Positions 61,952 through 64,000 of a stretch of 64,000 nt of DNA are shown here, piece by piece (positions within the stretch are counted from its first letter, which is position 1; the number at the start of each line of letters is the position of its first letter). The notes beneath the pieces are model-generated. The model saw only the letters and a program-made list of their open reading frames with translations, searched no databases and had not been told where the DNA came from. Made by a program: the position numbers and the translations under genes. The stretch comes from Candidatus Latescibacterota bacterium (lineage in GTDB: Bacteria > Latescibacterota > CBDEFO01): positions 352,001-416,000 of the forward strand of contig CBDEFO010000006.1 of assembly GCA_965237525.1 (NCBI GenBank), read 5' to 3'.

Positions 61952-62893
61952 TCAAACAGCCTTCTTATAGATTTCCAGCCGGGTGCCTTTAAAAGGCTCC
62001 AGTCTCTTTACTAGAGCGTCCATTTCCTCTTTTGACATCGGGCTGAAAGATTTAGCAGAGTTTACGTTCTCCTCTAAAAACCGCACCTTTTCGCACCCGG
62101 ATATAATCATTGACACAGGGAGACTCCAGACATATCTGAGACATTCTCCAGCGGTCGCCGCGCCCTTTGTGACCAGATTGCCCCCTGCTGTGGTCTTCAT
62201 AGCCAAAACGCCTACGTCATTCTTGACCAGCTCCGGAAGGATATGCTCTATAAAGCTTAAATAGTAAGGATCTACGGGGTTTATGGGCATCTGGAAGGTG
62301 GATAGATGCTCGAGGTACTTCAGGGCCTCCAAGAACGCCTGTGGATCGCGATGACCTGTTATTCCTATATACCTTATCTTTCCCTCTCTTTTTGCCCTAT
62401 CGGCGGCCTCCATCGCTCCGCCGGGCCCGAAGATGGTTTGCACCTCTCCAGGGGTATCTATCCCGTGAAACTGCCAGAGGTCTATGTAATCGGTATTGAG
62501 GCGTCTCAGGCTCTCGTGGATGTGATCCCACGCCACTTTTTGCCCTCTGTTCGTATCTTTGCTCATCACGAAGACATCTTTCCTTCTTTTCCCCAGTGCC
62601 CTGCCCAACCTCTCCTCGCTTAGGCCGCGGCCGTAGTTCCAGGCGTTGTCGAAGAAGTTGACCCCCAAGTCCAGGGCCTTATGCACGATCCTCTGTGCCC
62701 CCTCCTCATCGGGCTGGCTCAAATGGGCTCCGCCGAGTCCGATTATGGTCACCATCTGGTCGGTCTTTCCGAGACGCCTTTTAGGTATCTCGTCTCCCCC
62801 GAGCTGGCTTTCGGCGAAGCTCTCCGCATAACTGCCGAGTCCGATGCCGACCGACCCGGTAAGGGTGCTTTTAAGAAAATCTCTTCTGTCCAT
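61952..62893 (-). CDS. Aldo/keto reductase with Tat-like leader
   Basis: MDRRDFLK, FFDNAWNYG, SLRRLNTDYIDL, IRYIGITGH. Confidence 0.92.
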   Translation of the reverse strand: MDRRDFLKSTLTGSVGIGLGSYAESFAESQLGGDEIPKRRLGKTDQMVTIIGLGGAHLSQPDEEGAQRIVHKALDLGVNFFDNAWNYGRGLSEERLGRALGKRRKDVFVMSKDTNRGQKVAWDHIHESLRRLNTDYIDLWQFHGIDTPGEVQTIFGPGGAMEAADRAKREGKIRYIGITGHRDPQAFLEALKYLEHLSTFQMPINPVDPYYLSFIEHILPELVKNDVGVLAMKTTAGGNLVTKGAATAGECLRYVWSLPVSMIISGCEKVRFLEENVNSAKSFSPMSKEEMDALVKRLEPFKGTRLEIYKKAV

Positions 62894-62941
62894 TTGTTTC
62901 CCCTTTCGTAGAAGAGATGTAACCTTGCCCTTACTTCGCCA

Positions 62942-63661
62942 TTATAATATCCCTAACGGCGGCGTCATCCATATCTCGTCTGTAGTTATCCCCTCGCTCT
63001 GGTATAGCACAAATAGGACGGTCTCAGCCACCCTTTCTGGCGGCGTCATATCTTCTCTTGAGGGCTTTTCTTCTATGCTATCCCAAAAGGGGGTATCCGT
63101 GGCTCCGGGGCACACAGCTGTGACCCTTATGCCTTTGTCTCTTACCTCCTCTGACAAAACCTTTGTAAATCCCAAAGCACCGAACTTGGAGGCGCAGTAT
63201 CCACTGGCAAATTTGAAGGGCACTCTCGCCGCGATGGAGATGACGTTCACGATGTGCCCTTTCCCTCTTTCGAGCATAGGCACAAGGCCGTATTTGGAGC
63301 AAAGATACATTCCCTTTAAATTTGCGTCCATCATCCTGTCCCAGTCCTCCGTCTTCGACTCTGTGATAGAGCCAAAGACTCCGAATCCGGCAGAGTTGCA
63401 AAGGAAGTTGATGCGGCCGTAGCGCGAAATAGCTCTTTCTATGAGATTTTCCACCTGGTTTTCATCTGTTATATCCGTGCGGACAGGAAAAGCGTCTCCC
63501 CCTTTACTCTGTATCTCATCTGCCGTCAGTGCAAGATCCTGCTCAGTCCGAGCCGCAAGGACTACACTTGCACCCTCTTGAGCCAGGAGCACGGCGACCT
63601 GCCTGCCTATCCCCCTGCTTGCTCCCGTCACCACTGCTACTTTACCCGCAAGGTCACCCAT
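62942..63661 (-). CDS. SDR family oxidoreductase
   Basis: TGASRGIG, NSAG, YCASK. Confidence 0.92.
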   Translation of the reverse strand: MGDLAGKVAVVTGASRGIGRQVAVLLAQEGASVVLAARTEQDLALTADEIQSKGGDAFPVRTDITDENQVENLIERAISRYGRINFLCNSAGFGVFGSITESKTEDWDRMMDANLKGMYLCSKYGLVPMLERGKGHIVNVISIAARVPFKFASGYCASKFGALGFTKVLSEEVRDKGIRVTAVCPGATDTPFWDSIEEKPSREDMTPPERVAETVLFVLYQSEGITTDEIWMTPPLGIL

Positions 63662-63666
63662 ACAAG

Positions 63667-64000
63667 CTATTCTCCCAAATATTCAAAGCAGCTTTTGGGC
63701 GTTTCCCAGAGCCTGATCTTATAGAGCGAACCCCGGGGCATCTGCTCATTTAACAGATCCCATATAACCATAACCACGTTCTCGGACGTCGGGTTCAAAT
63801 CCTTGAACTCTGCCACGTCCATATTCAGATGCTTGTGGTCGAGCCTTTTTATTATCCTGTCCTCGACCACGCTGTCTACATAGCCCAGATCTACTGCCAT
63901 TCCCGTTTTGGGGTCTATCTCTCCCTTAACGAGAACCTCCAAGCGGTAGTTGTGCCCGTGACCGTTGGGGTTGTTGCATTTTCCGAACAACTCTTTGTTC
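63667..64000 (-). CDS. queD: 6-carboxytetrahydropterin / 6-pyruvoyltetrahydropterin synthase (5' end outside the window)
   Basis: CNNPNGHGHNY, GMAVDL, LDHKHLN, PTSEN, WETP. Confidence 0.85.
   Translation of the reverse strand, partial: NKELFGKCNNPNGHGHNYRLEVLVKGEIDPKTGMAVDLGYVDSVVEDRIIKRLDHKHLNMDVAEFKDLNPTSENVVMVIWDLLNEQMPRGSLYKIRLWETPKSCFEYLGE

Noticed and set aside
1345..63753. Many antisense and overlapping ORFs in the six-frame track
   Set aside because: They are shadows of well-supported genes and lack motifs of their own.

Overview
Bacterial chromosomal window, probably from an uncultured Gram-negative lineage (inferred from the LPS heptosyltransferase, Tat substrates and ECF-ankyrin fusion). 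Housekeeping and accessory genes include lipB, a sialidase, SRAP, dinB, an LPS glycosyltransferase cluster, pheA, msrP, glgA, gcvPA/PB, folD, an NtrC-type regulator, transaldolase and queD. The region is heavily eroded, with many frameshifted or truncated genes. It holds three IS1182-type copies with TTAG duplications (two in tandem inside another IS), two IS1595 remnants, a MITE and several REP-like families. The most striking signal is a 19-bp palindromic micro-element, CCC-GAT(A/C)GA(T/C)TCAATC-GGG. It occurs more than 20 times, sits in the centre of TCGA/CCGG sites with no visible duplication, and nests inside itself up to three deep. Removing it exactly restores an IS1595 transposase reading frame. 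Other notable items are a SRAP / stand-alone RNR TSCPD domain / Zn-ribbon / Pol IV locus with a palindromic operator, and diverged 3'-end copies lying downstream of intact genes. I recognised no rRNA, tRNA or CRISPR array.
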